Counted from the whole stretch's first letter, positions 1 to 12,600 are shown. The stretch is DNA of 63,359 bases, filler included, from Reticulomyxa filosa (GCA_000512085.1; 19 parts of 19 records of this genome joined end to end with filler, not necessarily neighbours in it); one strand, 5' to 3'. Numbers and translations are program-made. The notes: a model not told the origin generated them from the letters alone.

Positions 1-619
1 CTTATAAACAAAATTTAATATTAAAGAAAAACATAACATAATTGACAACAATTTTGTCAAGATCATAAATCCATCCTAATTTAATATTTAATATTCGAAT
101 CCAATATTGAATAATTATCCGTGTCTCTTTTTCTTCTTCTTCTTCTGGCTATTTTTTTCACAAGTCACTATTAACTTTTTTGAAAAAACAAAACGAAACT
201 TACAAGTGGTAGTTGTGTTAAAGTTTGTTTTTGAGTATTCATTCTTTGTCTTTCTAGTTTCTTTTTAAAAAAAGTAAGCATTTTTTTCCAAGACTTTCCT
301 TTTTTCTATCTTGGGCTAGTTTTAGATGATTTTTTTTATTAAAAAATTGAACTTTTTTAAGACCAACAACGGGGATTGTAACAGTATTGTTTTTATTTTG
401 TTCACAAAAATTTGTAATGCGAATAACATTGAAAGAGGGCTACCATTTTAATTCATAATATAAAATTTTCTGATAGTAGTTAGATATACGATTCTCTAAA
501 TACAAATGTCGTTATATTGAATGATAAAGAAGTCTTGAATTTGAAAAAAGAGAAAATATACAAATGACATAAAAATTTTGCTTCGTGAAATCGTATTGGT
601 AGTACCCAGTGAAAATTCT

Positions 620-760
620 AAAAGGTTAACCTCTTTCGTATGCGTTCTGCATGTCGGTTACTCAGTGCCGGCAGTTTTGCCCCATACGGGTTTCGGTAAG
701 GATCACACGTATTTTGGGTGCAGATGATGCGGAGAGGCTATCCCTTCCCTTCTTTTTTTT
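620..760 (+). ncRNA. Candidate structured RNA or cis-element of unknown class
   Basis: GC-richer island in AT-rich DNA. CCTCTTTCGTATGCGTTCTGCA pairs imperfectly with TGCAGATGATGCGGAGAGG. This encloses a UGCCG/CGGUA stem bearing two hairpins (GCA-GTTT-TGC, CCC-ATAC-GGG). A T-run follows. Confidence 0.3.
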
Positions 761-948
761 TATTCCAATTATTTCAATCAAATTTCATTCAAGCAAATCC
801 GTTTAAAACATAATATTGCTTTGCTGTTCACCACATTTTTTATCAATTTTTTTGGCACAAAGTCTCAAAAAAAATAAGTTGTCAGAAAGTCTAAAACCAA
901 ACTCTTTATTCAGAAATCACACTAAAATGTAAGTCTGTAAACGAAAAG

Positions 949-1900
949 ATGACACAAACTTTTAACTTTGCTTTTGTGTTTAATGCAAAATTACTTTAGA
1001 AGAAGTTTTTGAAAAGAAAGATATAAAAATAATATAATGATGTATTTTACAATAAAGTGATTCGTACAAAGATAATCGTGTTGAATCAACTTATGCAATG
1101 CTTAAAGAATGGTGAGACAATTCATTTACAATTGACGAAAGATATTCTTAATGAAAGTTGTGATCACCAAAGTTATGATGGGGAAAGAATTGGCAAACAG
1201 TTGTTCAAATGTATGGTATACAACCAAAAATTTTAAACAGAAAGGTGTCCAATTTGAAAGAGAATTTCGCTATAAATCAATGGGAAACTATCAAACAGAA
1301 TATACAAAGCAAAAAATGAGAAGATCTAAAAAGCGTGAATATAGATTTTACTGCAATTGAGCCAAAAACAAAAATGTATTAAACTGGTTTTCCAGATATA
1401 AAAATATAAATAACAATCAAACAAGTATAAATAATAAAGTTAAAAAAAATGCAACAATTCTGGCTAAAGATGAAAAAATGGAAAAACATGAAAATAATTT
1501 TGAAAAAGATACTGTGAAAAAGGAAGAGATAACTGACACATACGATGACACAGAGTTATCAGATATATAAGAAGAAGATAAACATACTGCATAATCACAA
1601 AAACTAACACATGGTGGAAGAAATACACAGGAATATGTAAACAAATCAACGAATAATATTACAGAAACGCATGTACCTGAGACAGAAAACGAACATAAAT
1701 GCAGAAAAATAAGCACAAATGACAGATGGACGGAAACAATACGTATAACAATCAAAAAGAAAATATATTGTCAGATATCAACGCAAAAAAAAATAATTTA
1801 CAAAATCCATTCAAGTATAATCACAAAAATTAAATTTGCAAAAAAAACAAATTTTCAAGTTCACTAACATAAAATTATGATGACATTGCAATTTGTTATA
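949..1900 (+). pseudogene. Degenerate ORF of unknown family with multiple stops and frameshifts
   Basis: Coding-like K/E/N-rich segments (e.g. EDLKSVNIDFTAIEPKTKMY*TGFPDIKNINNN...TELSDI*EEDKHTA*SQK) are broken by in-frame stops. The region lies between the structured island and a large palindrome. Confidence 0.35.
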
Positions 1901-1921
1901 GTATTTAAAGATATCCATTTT

Positions 1922-2038
1922 AAAAAAAAGCAAAAGGAAAGGAAAAGCGAAAAATAAAAAATTAGATCAGGCGGCGCATTCAGGCGCCGCCCGAATTAAC
2001 TTTTTCTTTTTGCTTTTGTCTTCATTTGCTTTTTTTTT
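1922..2038. repeat. Imperfect ~117-bp palindrome with a perfect GC hairpin core
   Basis: Core GGCGGCGC-ATTCAG-GCGCCGCC (1970-1991). The A-rich left arm matches the reverse complement of the T-rich right arm over about 55 bp. Confidence 0.85.
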
Positions 2039-2084
2039 GCTTTTGAGTTCTACAAAAGTGTGTTTTTGGTGTATCTTTTGAAAT

Positions 2085-2184
2085 NNNNNNNNNNNNNNNN
2101 NNNNNNNNNNNNNNNNNNNNNNNNNNNNTTAATTAATTAANNNNNNNNNNNNNNNNNNNNNNNNNNNNNNNNNNNNNNNNNNNN
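2085..2184. other. Artificial contig spacer (N44-TTAATTAATTAA-N44, stops in all six frames)
   Basis: Identical 100-bp spacers also start at 3287, 5601, 14863, 16601, 19718, 25160, 28685, 30040, 31422, 34127, 35356, 36797, 37897, 39624, 42280, 52241 and 60409. Adjacency across them has no biological meaning. Confidence 0.99.
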
Positions 2185-2365
2185 AAATCAGGCTGCGCGC
2201 ACGGATCATGGGATGCAGCGTGTTCATGCCGACGAACAGGCGTTCGACCTTGAGACCGGTCTCGTTGAGCCGTCGGCCGAAGCCGTCGACCAGCTCCTCC
2301 AGCGCCATGTTGCGCAGGCCGGCCTGCGCCAGCCATCCGACGAGAGGGGCAGATTTCATCGACAT
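2185..2365 (-). CDS. Bacterial class III adenylate/guanylate cyclase family protein, N-terminal fragment
   Basis: MSMKSAPLVGWLAQAGL...LVDGFGRRL...G+.V.R....TLHP resembles the N-terminus of alphaproteobacterial cyclases. GC-rich contig; truncated by the contig end. Confidence 0.6.
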
Positions 2366-2446
2366 GCTCTCCGGGCATCGGTACATCGGCGCAACGAGGG
2401 TTGCTATTCTCGTGGCAAAGATAGACCCCAAAGCAAGGGCACGCCT

Positions 2447-3238
2447 ATGGCGAACACCGATCCCACAAAGAAGCCCCTTTGCCAGGACGAACTGAACGCG
2501 CGGCTGAAGACGAGCCGCGCCTTCGAGGCCGCGGCCTTCACCTCCGCCGTCACGCTCGACGAACTCGACCTGACGGAATGCCTGTTCACCGATTGCCTGT
2601 TCGATCTGCCGGCCATCCGCGGCGCCGATTTTTCCGGAGCGCAGCTCAAGGGCTGCCGCTTCTCACCCGGTCGGTTCGCCAGTTGCAGGTTCGCCGGTGC
2701 GCGATTGCAGGACATCAACTTCTTCGACGTCGAGCAAAAAAAGGGATGCACTTTCGCCTTCTGCGATCTGCGGGACGTCGAAGCGGAAAAGTGCAACTTC
2801 GCGGTCAACGGCTTCGAACGCTGCGACTTGCACGATTTGCGGGCTCGGGAATGCAGTTTCCGGGGCGTGCGCTTCTACGCCTCAACCTTCACCAGGGCGG
2901 TCTCGAAGCGCGTGATGGTCACGCGGGCGCGTTTCGAGGCCTGCAACTTCACCTTCACGGACTTCTCCGGCGTCTCGCTCGAGAGTTGTGAGTTCCTGAC
3001 CTGCAAGTTTCTCGACACAGCCTTCTTCGACGTCAACCTCACCGACGCAATCCTGCGCGACTGCTCGGTCGACAAGGCCGAATGGGAGCGCGCCAATCTG
3101 ACCCGCACGGATTTTCGCGGCTCGACGATTTCCGGGCTGAACCTCGCCGTGCTGTCCGGCTACGCGGGCCTGATGATCGGTGAAAGCCAGCAGACCGAGC
3201 TTCTCGAAGGACTCGGCGTCTCGGTCAGCCCCGATTGA
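2447..3238 (+). CDS. Bacterial Qnr-like pentapeptide repeat protein (263 aa)
   Basis: Tandem A/C-x-F/L pentapeptides with Qnr-type loop A (FFDVEQKKGC), loop B (FTRAVSKRVMV) and C-terminal helix GLMIGESQQTELLEGLGVSVSPD. ATG at 2447 preferred over 2213, which overlaps the divergent gene. Confidence 0.88.
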   Translation: MANTDPTKKPLCQDELNARLKTSRAFEAAAFTSAVTLDELDLTECLFTDCLFDLPAIRGADFSGAQLKGCRFSPGRFASCRFAGARLQDINFFDVEQKKGCTFAFCDLRDVEAEKCNFAVNGFERCDLHDLRARECSFRGVRFYASTFTRAVSKRVMVTRARFEACNFTFTDFSGVSLESCEFLTCKFLDTAFFDVNLTDAILRDCSVDKAEWERANLTRTDFRGSTISGLNLAVLSGYAGLMIGESQQTELLEGLGVSVSPD

Positions 3239-3386
3239 AAGCTTACACCGGCGGCGGCGTCATCGTTCCCGCCGGCAGCGCGGCGCNNNNNNNNNNNNNN
3301 NNNNNNNNNNNNNNNNNNNNNNNNNNNNNNTTAATTAATTAANNNNNNNNNNNNNNNNNNNNNNNNNNNNNNNNNNNNNNNNNNNN

Positions 3387-5520
3387 AAACCTCCACTTTC
3401 TTTTCTTCTTCGTAATTATGATTGTTCTATTACGATAAATCACATTGTTTTATTTGATTCTTAAATTTAAAAAAAAAAAAAATTAAAAAAACAAAACATC
3501 ATTACAGAGTCATATTCAATATCCGATTCAATGGTAGCACGAATTGCAGGAATATCTTCACTCTTCACATCATCTTTCCATTCCTTTTGATCCAACAACC
3601 ATTCTCTAAAACCATTTCGTGTTAAGCGTTTAAATTTTCCAATAATTTCAGCTTTACCATTTTCATCGTTTTCTTCCCACCGTTGCATACTTTTGTCCTT
3701 CTTTTTATTTATTATTATTATTATTATTATCTTATGATTAAATATAACTAAACAATAGATAATCAAACTTCATTGATCTTTTCCAATATCAATATCGTAT
3801 GCATTGCCTTTTGATGTTGTCCACCAAACCTTTTATTAAAAATCTTGAGTGCATTTTCATAACTTTCCTTTGCTTTAGTTTTGCTTCCTCTTGCAAGATA
3901 AATATCTCCTAAAAGAACATAAGATTCACCAACGTGTGGATGATCACAATCTAATTTATTTAATCTCAATTTCAATGCTTTTTCTCCAAATTCAATTGAT
4001 TTATTCAAATCATTCTTATTTTTAAATGCACTTGCCAAATAATGGAAAGACCAACCAATATAAAGATCGTTATCATTCAGATTTTTAGATCTAATTTTCA
4101 ATGATTTTTCAAAAAATTGAATTGCTTCTCTGTATTTTCATCTTTTTCTAATATCAATCCCAGCACATCATAAGATTTTGCAATCTCTAAATCAAAGCTA
4201 TTGCTCTTGTCATTGACCAAAATTGTCAAAGCTTTGTTGGCATATTCTCTAGCTTTGTTTATTTGCATTTTTCCTTTTATCCACACCAATCCCAATTCAT
4301 TCAATAACCACACAACAAATATATGTTTTTTACCAAATTCCAATAATTGAATATTCAATGCCTGTTCAAGATATTCTATTGATGTTTCATATTCTCCTGT
4401 TTCAAAATATGCCATCCCCAACCAAAACATCGATTTTGCAGAGTGTGTGTGATTTTCGCCAAATTGTTCTAATAAAACGTTTAAACCTTTTTCGTGATAT
4501 TCAATTGATTTGACATATTCTCCTTTCCCACGAAGAACGTTCCCTAAGTGACAGTAACAAAGGGAAACATCTATTTGATTTTCGTCCAATTGTTTCAAAT
4601 AAATATTCAATGCTTTTTCATGATATTCATATGCTTTGTCATATTCTGCTTTCATACAATAAACTCTTCCCAAACTGTCATAAGAACTGGCAACATCATT
4701 GTGACTATCGCCTACATTTTTTAACTGAATTTCCAGCGCTTGTTGGTGATAGTCAGATGCTTTGTCGTATTCTCCTTTCCCGTTATAAGCAATCCCCAAT
4801 GCACAGTATACCTTACTGACATCAATATGATCTGATCCCAATTTATCTAAGATTATTTTCAACGCTTTCTTATTGTATGCAATTGATCTGTCAAAATCCT
4901 TTTTTGCAAGAAATGCCTCTGCTAACCAGAAAAAAGCGTATGAGACTTCAACATCAGACTTATCTAATGTTTGCAATCTAACACAAATTATAAAACGAAG
5001 CAATGAAATTGCCTCATCGAAATTTGATTCCTTACATAAATCCATTCCTGATTCCATAAACTTGTTTAAATCAATGGGCCATGAGACAGTGAAAACAGGT
5101 TGTTGGAAAGTATAACAAATAACAGATTTTCTGGTATGAATAAGGTATTGGGTAATGTGAAAATGACCAATTCCATTAATGACACAATCAATAGCATAAA
5201 CACATCCATCGATTATAATATTATCAAATGTGATATTTTTTGAATGAAATGAATAAACAGTATATGGTGGAATTACTTTTTTTTCTTTCATATATTTATG
5301 TGAATTAATCATCATTGTAAAAGGAATGTTTTGAAAAAACCATCGATCATTTGGTCTTGCAAGTTGATCAAGATTGATTGAAACAACCACAATTCCGCTC
5401 TGGTTTTTTTTAACCATTTGCTCAACTATTGTGTGGGCTATCTTGTTTGCTTCATTCCACGGCTTATTTTGATCCAATTCAATATTTTCGATATCTTGTT
5501 TTTCTTCATCATCTTTTAAT
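3387..5520 (-). CDS. TPR-repeat protein followed by a conserved helical module (partial, multi-exon)
   Basis: Kinesin-light-chain-type TPRs (H.DVA.SY..LG.VY...GEYDKA..YH.KAL.I). Frameshift in the A-run near 4135-4138 joins ORFs 4098-5477 and 3763-4101. Phase-0 intron 3701-3768 continues into KDKSMQRWEE...WLLDQKEWK. A further intron starts at 3505. Both ends truncated. Confidence 0.85.
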
Positions 5521-5700
5521 TATTTACATTTTCAATTCTTTTTTTTTTTATTTTTATTTTTTTTAAAGAAAATATCTTTTTTTTAAAAAAATACAAAACC
5601 NNNNNNNNNNNNNNNNNNNNNNNNNNNNNNNNNNNNNNNNNNNNTTAATTAATTAANNNNNNNNNNNNNNNNNNNNNNNNNNNNNNNNNNNNNNNNNNNN

Positions 5701-5733
<33 letters not shown>

Positions 5734-6285
5734 GCTATTATTGTAATTGGAAGGTACTATTGGCAAAGACGAACTCTTTGCAAAGTGATGCGCGTTCGAT
5801 TCGTCCTCTTTTTTTCCACCCAAAATTCGACTTGTCGTTGTTGTCGTCGATAGCCCCGTACCTGTCGCTTGAATGTAACTATACGATCCAATCACATGAA
5901 CAACTCGTATCAAATCGATCCTCTTATTGCAACGCTTGTAGATCTGCAATGTTCGAATCCAATGCTGTAAGATGGTCTCGATTTGTGCGGCCGACAGATA
6001 TATCTCGGGGCATCTGTGACGCTGGTATATGCTCCCATTCGGCGCTGCAAACGACGAAAGAGATGTTGATGCCGATGCTGATGAATCCATAAACGAAAAC
6101 AAAGATAATGATGATGACGAATGAACACTTGGAGGGGGATTGAAACCTTCACGGTCTCCTGACGACAAGTATGGGTCCGTTGCCCCTCCTTTCACGTGCT
6201 TTGGTCGCAGGACCTGCGAGGAATTTACTCTTTGAAGAGTACCATTTTCATACACTCCCTGTTCTTGGCTGGGAAGAGTGCCCAT
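5701..6285 (-). CDS. Hypothetical protein, N-terminal part, possibly myristoylated
   Basis: MGTLPS fits the MGxxxS consensus. Ser-rich and poly-Asn tracts; contains the IETILQHWIRTL motif; runs into the contig end. Confidence 0.55.
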
Positions 6286-7073
6286 GCTTAATTGATTTCC
6301 AACTTCTTTTATTAAATGATTATTATTTTTTATTAATGCCTTCCCCTTTCAACGTCTGATGTAACGTACTTCCTACAGTTTTATGGGTCTATCTTGAACA
6401 ATATCACATAATTTAAATGAATACAGCCTTTTAGGCGCTTTGATTTTTTACTTTTTTTCCTTTAAGGCTTTCCATCACTAATCTATCATAAATATGAAAA
6501 CAGTAACTTGTGTGCTATTTTTTAAAAGCAATATTATTACAAATCTAAAGCAGATTAAAAGTATAATGAAATGTTTACAATCATCTTTGGATAAATATTT
6601 TGCAGAAGTACAAAATACATACCGCAGACAAAACTCTTACAAAATTTTTGTTCTATCTCGTTGTATTGTCCCAAATTATATTTAATATGTTTTTCATCCA
6701 AACCCTATTTCACGTGTATTATATAATTTTACTTGTAAAAAAATTTTTGAATGATATACCGACCAGATTGATAAACGAGTTCTGAAAATACAGAAAACTA
6801 CAGAAAATTCTAGGATACAAATGATACATGATTCAAGCTAAAAAAAACTGGAATTATGAATACTGCTACCACAAAACTGCTTCAATGGGTCGATGAAGTG
6901 ACAACATCACATCGTGAACTGTGGAAATTGTTTGAATTGGATTTACTGGATTTCAACATAATAAAGGCGCAAATAAAGAAAGAGATCACGTGCGAAATCT
7001 TCTGTTCTTAAATTGTACATCTTGAAGAAAAAAAAAAAATCAGAACCAATACATTTGTACTTACAAAAAGGCA

Positions 7074-8491
7074 ATGGCCGACCTCCCAAGCAAGTCAATT
7101 AGCATACTCGTTATTGCCTTTAGACGCATTGTTACCAGCGGACGTAATTGTGTATGTATTTCAATTCTTATCATTGAAAGAGATTGCGAAGACAATCCGT
7201 CAAATATCGACACGTTGGAATGCATTGACATATACCCGTATGGCACCATACTTTGAAAACTATGCACTATCTATCCACCTGACATCAACATGGACGAACA
7301 TAGAAGTGGCCCAATTGAAAGGGAATGCGCGTGTTTGCGCGGTGCACCATCGTACAATGTGCAGAAATTACGTAGATGAAACGACATCGAATCTGTTGCG
7401 TAGTGTCCGCGGTGTTTCGCAGGTTTATATCGAGGTATTGTCCGGCTTACAAGCGCGACGCTTGTATTTGAATATTTTGTGTCATTTGGAAAAATACACT
7501 TTGCTGCCACATCTGGAAGTTTTGAAATGTGATTATCTGGACAAGTTCATCGTACCGTTTTTGAGCAAATGTGTGAACCTCACAGAACTGGAACTTTACT
7601 ATGTCTCCCCTCATGTTCTTGATGGTAGTGATGACATTAGTACTATCGTCAGTGATAATGACAATGACGATGACAATGACGACGGCAATAACGATAAGGG
7701 ACCATTGAAAGTGTCCATATCAGTGAATGCTGATCAAATGACCTCCAATTTCGAGGATTCGAAGCAATATGCGCAATTGCCGAAACTAAGAGTAATGCAT
7801 GCATTTGGAATAAATCCGACTTGTTTGTTGCATCCCAATGTGATCCGACAGGTTTGCACTCAAACGACAAAAGGCTTAGAGTCTATTCAAACACTCAAAA
7901 TTTTGCTTATATATGTATATATATTTATTTGTTTTTTGTGAGATGGTGTGATGTGTATGCATACACGGACGGGAAAACTTTGGGGTGGCGATGGTAAAGT
8001 TGACCAAGCTCTCTGTCGATATCAGCTTATTGACTTTGAAAACAAATGAAATGTTGATGAGTCAATTCGAAAAAGACAACAACTTAAAGATACTCGAATT
8101 ATTTGGCTCGTTTTTGGATTTCAAAACTCGTGTTCCTGCGAGTGTTAAGTCGTTGCATCTTCATATCAGCCGAGGACAAGGAAATGGAGCCATTGAGCTG
8201 TCCGGAGCCAATAAAAACATAACCGAATTGCACTTGAACGACGCCAAAAGTATCAAGTTATTACTCAGCACGCAGTATTTATACTCGTCTTTGCGATATT
8301 TGGCTATCTCTTCTGGACACTTATCGTTTGAGTATTTTACTACCTATTTTAACCCGACCCATTTCAAAGAACTAGCTGTTGTCTTTTTAGGGAATAGACA
8401 ATGGATATCCAAATTTTCAAAGCCGTTTCAAAGTTGGAACATCCATTTATGTAAAACCTACAAGGAATATTGTCGACTCCTTACTCAGTAA
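7074..8491 (+). CDS. F-box / leucine-rich-repeat protein
   Basis: F-box LLPADVIVYVFQFLSLKEI...RQISTRWNAL followed by LxxLxL repeats. Phase-0 intron 7852-7999 joins ORFs 7114 and 7985. The 5' end is frameshifted and may extend to the ATG at 6856. Confidence 0.8.
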
Positions 8492-8865
8492 TTTTTTTTT
8501 TTCAAAAAAAAAATTTTGTGATAAAGGTCTTTGTTTTATTTTTTTAATTTTCATATATCGACATTTTTTTAAAAAGGCACTCAGTGTCTAATTGCAGAAA
8601 TACAACAATCTAATTGTTTACAATGAAACATAAATATATCGTGGATTAACAGTCGATTTACTTGTGTCAACATATTCTGCTTTTTTTGTTTAGCAAAAAA
8701 CTAACAGTAAACCAAATGTAAGGGGTTTTTTGTAATCTAATCTCTTCACGTTTTATTGCCGTGTGAAAAGATTAAAATAACATTGGTGACAAAGCCACGG
8801 AAAGTCGCATAAATCAACACGCGCACCCCATCAAACAAAATTAAAACAAAAAAAACACTGTTCGT

Positions 8866-9135
8866 TTATCTCAATCGTCGAGCCTCTCGTTCACTCTCCA
8901 ACAAACACAAAAAGTCTCCTTTTTTGACAGGTCCTGCAACATTTCGATACAAAATTCGAGGCTTATTTCCTGTTGGGTCAGGAATGCTAACTTTGACTTG
9001 TGTGACTTGACCTCGGGCACCTGTTCTCATCACAATGCCCAATACTTTTGCATGTACCAAGTTTGCTTCTAAATCAATTTCTTTTTCTTCCTCTTCTGCC
9101 TTCTTTTTTTTTCCTTGGGTTCCTTTTTTAGACAT
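8866..9135 (-). CDS. RPS28: 40S ribosomal protein S28 (eS28)
   Basis: [13 protein letters not shown]...[26 protein letters not shown] signature; intronless; short charged N-terminal extension. Confidence 0.96.
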   Translation of the reverse strand: MSKKGTQGKKKKAEEEEKEIDLEANLVHAKVLGIVMRTGARGQVTQVKVSIPDPTGNKPRILYRNVAGPVKKGDFLCLLESEREARRLR

Positions 9136-9632
9136 CTTTCAAGTCTTTATTTGCCTATTTTTATTTTCTCAATTTAGAAATGTGAAGAAAATTGTGTAGG
9201 CACAAAATAACTTGCGACTCGAGTTGTCGATAATACAACACAGGAAAAAGGGAACTTTTTTCACCCTTTTCATTTTTTATGTCCAGTTTAGGCCACTCGT
9301 AACAATATTGTTCATATTGTTATACTATGAAACAGAAGTAATGCTTCACAAGTTGTATATATCTGATGCATCTTCAAAATTTTTAACCAATTTCAATAAT
9401 TCTGTCTTAATCTACTTATGTTATCACAGGAACTTCTTGTTACCCTTTGATTTAAAGCATTTAACCTTAAAGGTTATGTGCTTCTGTACAAACACTTTGC
9501 CGGTAGGAATTTTGGCTGTACTTTTGAGTTAAAAAAGTGCAAGAATTCGAAATAATCGATTGTTTGGTTTTTTAAAAAAGTTTCATTATCTTTGTAATTT
9601 AGCCAGCGCAGAAAAAAAATCAAAGAAAGAGC

Positions 9633-12600
9633 ATGTCGGTTGTCGGAATCGACCTTGGAACGCAATTTTCAAAAGTTGCGGTTGCGTTTCAAAAGAAGAT
9701 TACAATGGTGCCAAATGATCAGTCCAAATTCGAGACGACGACATTAGTAACGTATACAGATAAGCAACGAGAGATCGGGGAGGCAGCTGAAACAACCTTT
9801 AACCGCCACTTCAAGAACACAGTCTGTCAAGCGAAGCGCTATTTGGGCCGTGATGCTGACGACCCAACCTTGGCAGAGGAATCGCACCGATGGAATTATT
9901 GCAAGTTAGGTCGATCCGATGAAGGCAAAGTTTTATTCAATGTAACGACGGCCGAGGGTAAGCAAGACCTTTCACCGGAACAAGTGTTAGCACCTTTTCT
10001 GAGGCAATTAAAAGAAGTTGCGCTTTTTTTTTTTTTTTAATAAAAAAAAAGGGTGTTTTTTTTTAATTTAAAATAATTTTTTTTTTTTCCTAAAAAAAAA
10101 AAGTTCACTTCAAAGCATTTGCAGGGATTACCAGTGAAAGATTGTGTAATCACTTGCCCGGTGTATTTTACGGATGCGCAAAGACGATCCCTGCTGGCGA
10201 CGGCAGCCTTAGCGGAATTGAACGTACTTCGCTTATTGAACGAGACGACAGCAGTGGCGGTGACGTACGGATTAACGCGCAAGTTGGAGGAAAACCGGCG
10301 TGTGATGTTTGTGGACATGGGATATAGCAATACGCAAGTAAGCATAGTCGACTTTGGGCCGGGCCAATTGGAAATGTATGTGACGAACAGCGATGCATTT
10401 CTCGGTGCGCGTGACTTTGATTTTGCGCTGTTTGAACACTTTCGCAAGCAATTTGAGACACAGCACAAAGGGGTGTCGCTGGCCGAAGATGCACGAGCCA
10501 GAATTCGGTTAATGAAAGGCGTCGAGCGAGTCAAGAAGATCCTCACTGGGAACAAGGAAGCTGTCCTCATGTTGGAGTGCTTGGCAAATGAAATTGATTT
10601 CAATTTACGCATTACTCGAGACGAATTCGATGTGTTGTGCCGTCCTTTGCTGGAAAGACTTTCCATTTGTGTAGGCAAAGCTGTTGCGGAAATGCGAGCG
10701 CGTGATGCGAAAAAAAGTGCTGCAAAACAACCCAGCCCAAATACTGATGCAAATGCCAATGGTGATAATGCTACTGCTGCCACTACGAATGCGAATGCAA
10801 CTGAAACGAAAGCTAGTAAACCACTTAGCATTGACAGTATCGAAGTAACCGGAGGAGCGAGTCGAATTCGCTGCGTTCAAGAAGGATTGGTTGAAATATT
10901 GAAAAAACATATCCCCGATAGCACCATTGACAAGTGCCGTACCACTTTGAACGGCGATGAGTGCGTCGCTCGTGGGGCTGTACTCATGTGCGCAATGCTG
11001 TCGTCCGGGTTTAAAGTGAGGGATTTCAAAGTCCAAGACACGAACCAATGGCCGGTCTTGATGAGTTACGCCGGGGCTCCCGGAGCAGATGGCTCAGAAA
11101 CACAGACTCGACAGATTGTCATTCAACGATACGCGCCGTCGCCATGCACTGCGAAAATCACTTTTCACAAGAAGGAGTCATTTGCTGTTGCTTTTGAACA
11201 TCCGAAAGACGAAACCAAAGAACACTATTCTGATCTGATGAACGTGGAGTACCCCCTGAAGTGTAATTTGGCCATTGGAAAGTTCCAAGTGGAAATGGTC
11301 AACTTGTTGCCCAACCAGGCTAAGGACCCTCAAATCAAGCTGGTGTTGGCATTAAACAAACACGGACTACTTGAACAACCACAAGCTGAATTAATTGAAT
11401 TTGTTAAAGTCGAGCCAGAAAAAAAAGCAGAAGCAATGGAAGGTATTATTATTATTATTTTTTTTTTGCATAATTTAAAAAAGGTGATGACCACTTTGTT
11501 TTTTGTGGACGAACAATCAATAGTGGATAAACCTGCTACTGAAACACCAGCAGACGCTTCGGCAAACAAATCAGAAGAAAAACAAACTGAAAGTAGTAAA
11601 TCAGAGAACGTAACCAATGCGGACTCACAACAAACGGGACCAAACAAAGAAGAGAACCAAAACAAACCTGATGCGGAAATGGTAGACAAAGACAAAGCCA
11701 AACCCAGTGAGCCCGAGAAAAGCGAATCGAAAACAGACGACAAAACCAAGCCAGCACCAAAAAAAAAAGAAAAGAAAAAATGACTCGTAACCTGTCCGTG
11801 ACGGGATCATTTTACTCGCATATCAGCCAACAAAAAATCAAAGAGTGGATGGAATTGGAAGTCAAATTGGCCAACGTGGATCGAATCGTTAGAGAAACAA
11901 GTGACCGAAGAAACGAACTGGAGGCGTACATTTATGACATGAGAAACAAAGTAGACGACTCGCACAAAGACTTCATTTCGGAAGAAGAAAGAGAAGATTT
12001 TTTAACGCGACTTGACAACACTGAGCAATGGGTTAATGACGAGGGCGATAACGCTAACAAAACAGCGTATGCAGAAAAAATGGACCATTTGCGACAAATT
12101 GGTGATCCTCTGTCAAGCAGATTCTGGGAGGCTGAACATCGTCCACAACGTATTGAGGCCTTACGAAAACTAATTTCCAGTTATCAAGATGTTATTAACA
12201 GTGCTGATGAACAATTTGCACATATTGACCAAGAAGACCGAAATACTGTGCGAAAAGCCGTTGGTGAGGTTGAGGATTGGATCGGAAATGTCAAAGCCAA
12301 GCAGGAACAGCTCAAGCCATTTGAACATCCTGCTGTGATGTGTTCCGAATTTGACGAAAAATATGTTATGGCATTTTTTCATAACATCAATATATTTTTA
12401 TAATATATACATATATATGTATGTATTTGTATGTGTATATTCAAATGAAATAAAACAAATATCGTTTTTGAAATCGATTTACAGCGCCAACTCGTATGCA
12501 CATGTCAGCCTATTGTGACAAAACCAAAACCAAAACCGGAACCAAAACCGGAACCAAAGCCGGAACAAAAGTCAGAAGAAGCAAAAACGGAACCAAAGCC

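Noticed and set aside
2129-2140. Regularly recurring TTAATTAATTAA as a biological repeat or CRISPR-like array
   Set aside because: Always embedded in N44 flanks; it is an assembly concatenation linker.
2185-3286. Horizontal transfer of bacterial genes into the eukaryote
   Set aside because: No physical junction with host DNA; the contig is bounded by spacers.
10037-10831. 264-aa antisense ORF within Hsp110
   Set aside because: Antisense shadow, commonly open in Hsp70-family genes; it ends inside an intron homopolymer.
11770-11790. Euplotes-style AAA-stop programmed frameshift in Hsp110
   Set aside because: Most other frame breaks in the window are not at stop codons and go in both directions; homopolymer error is simpler.
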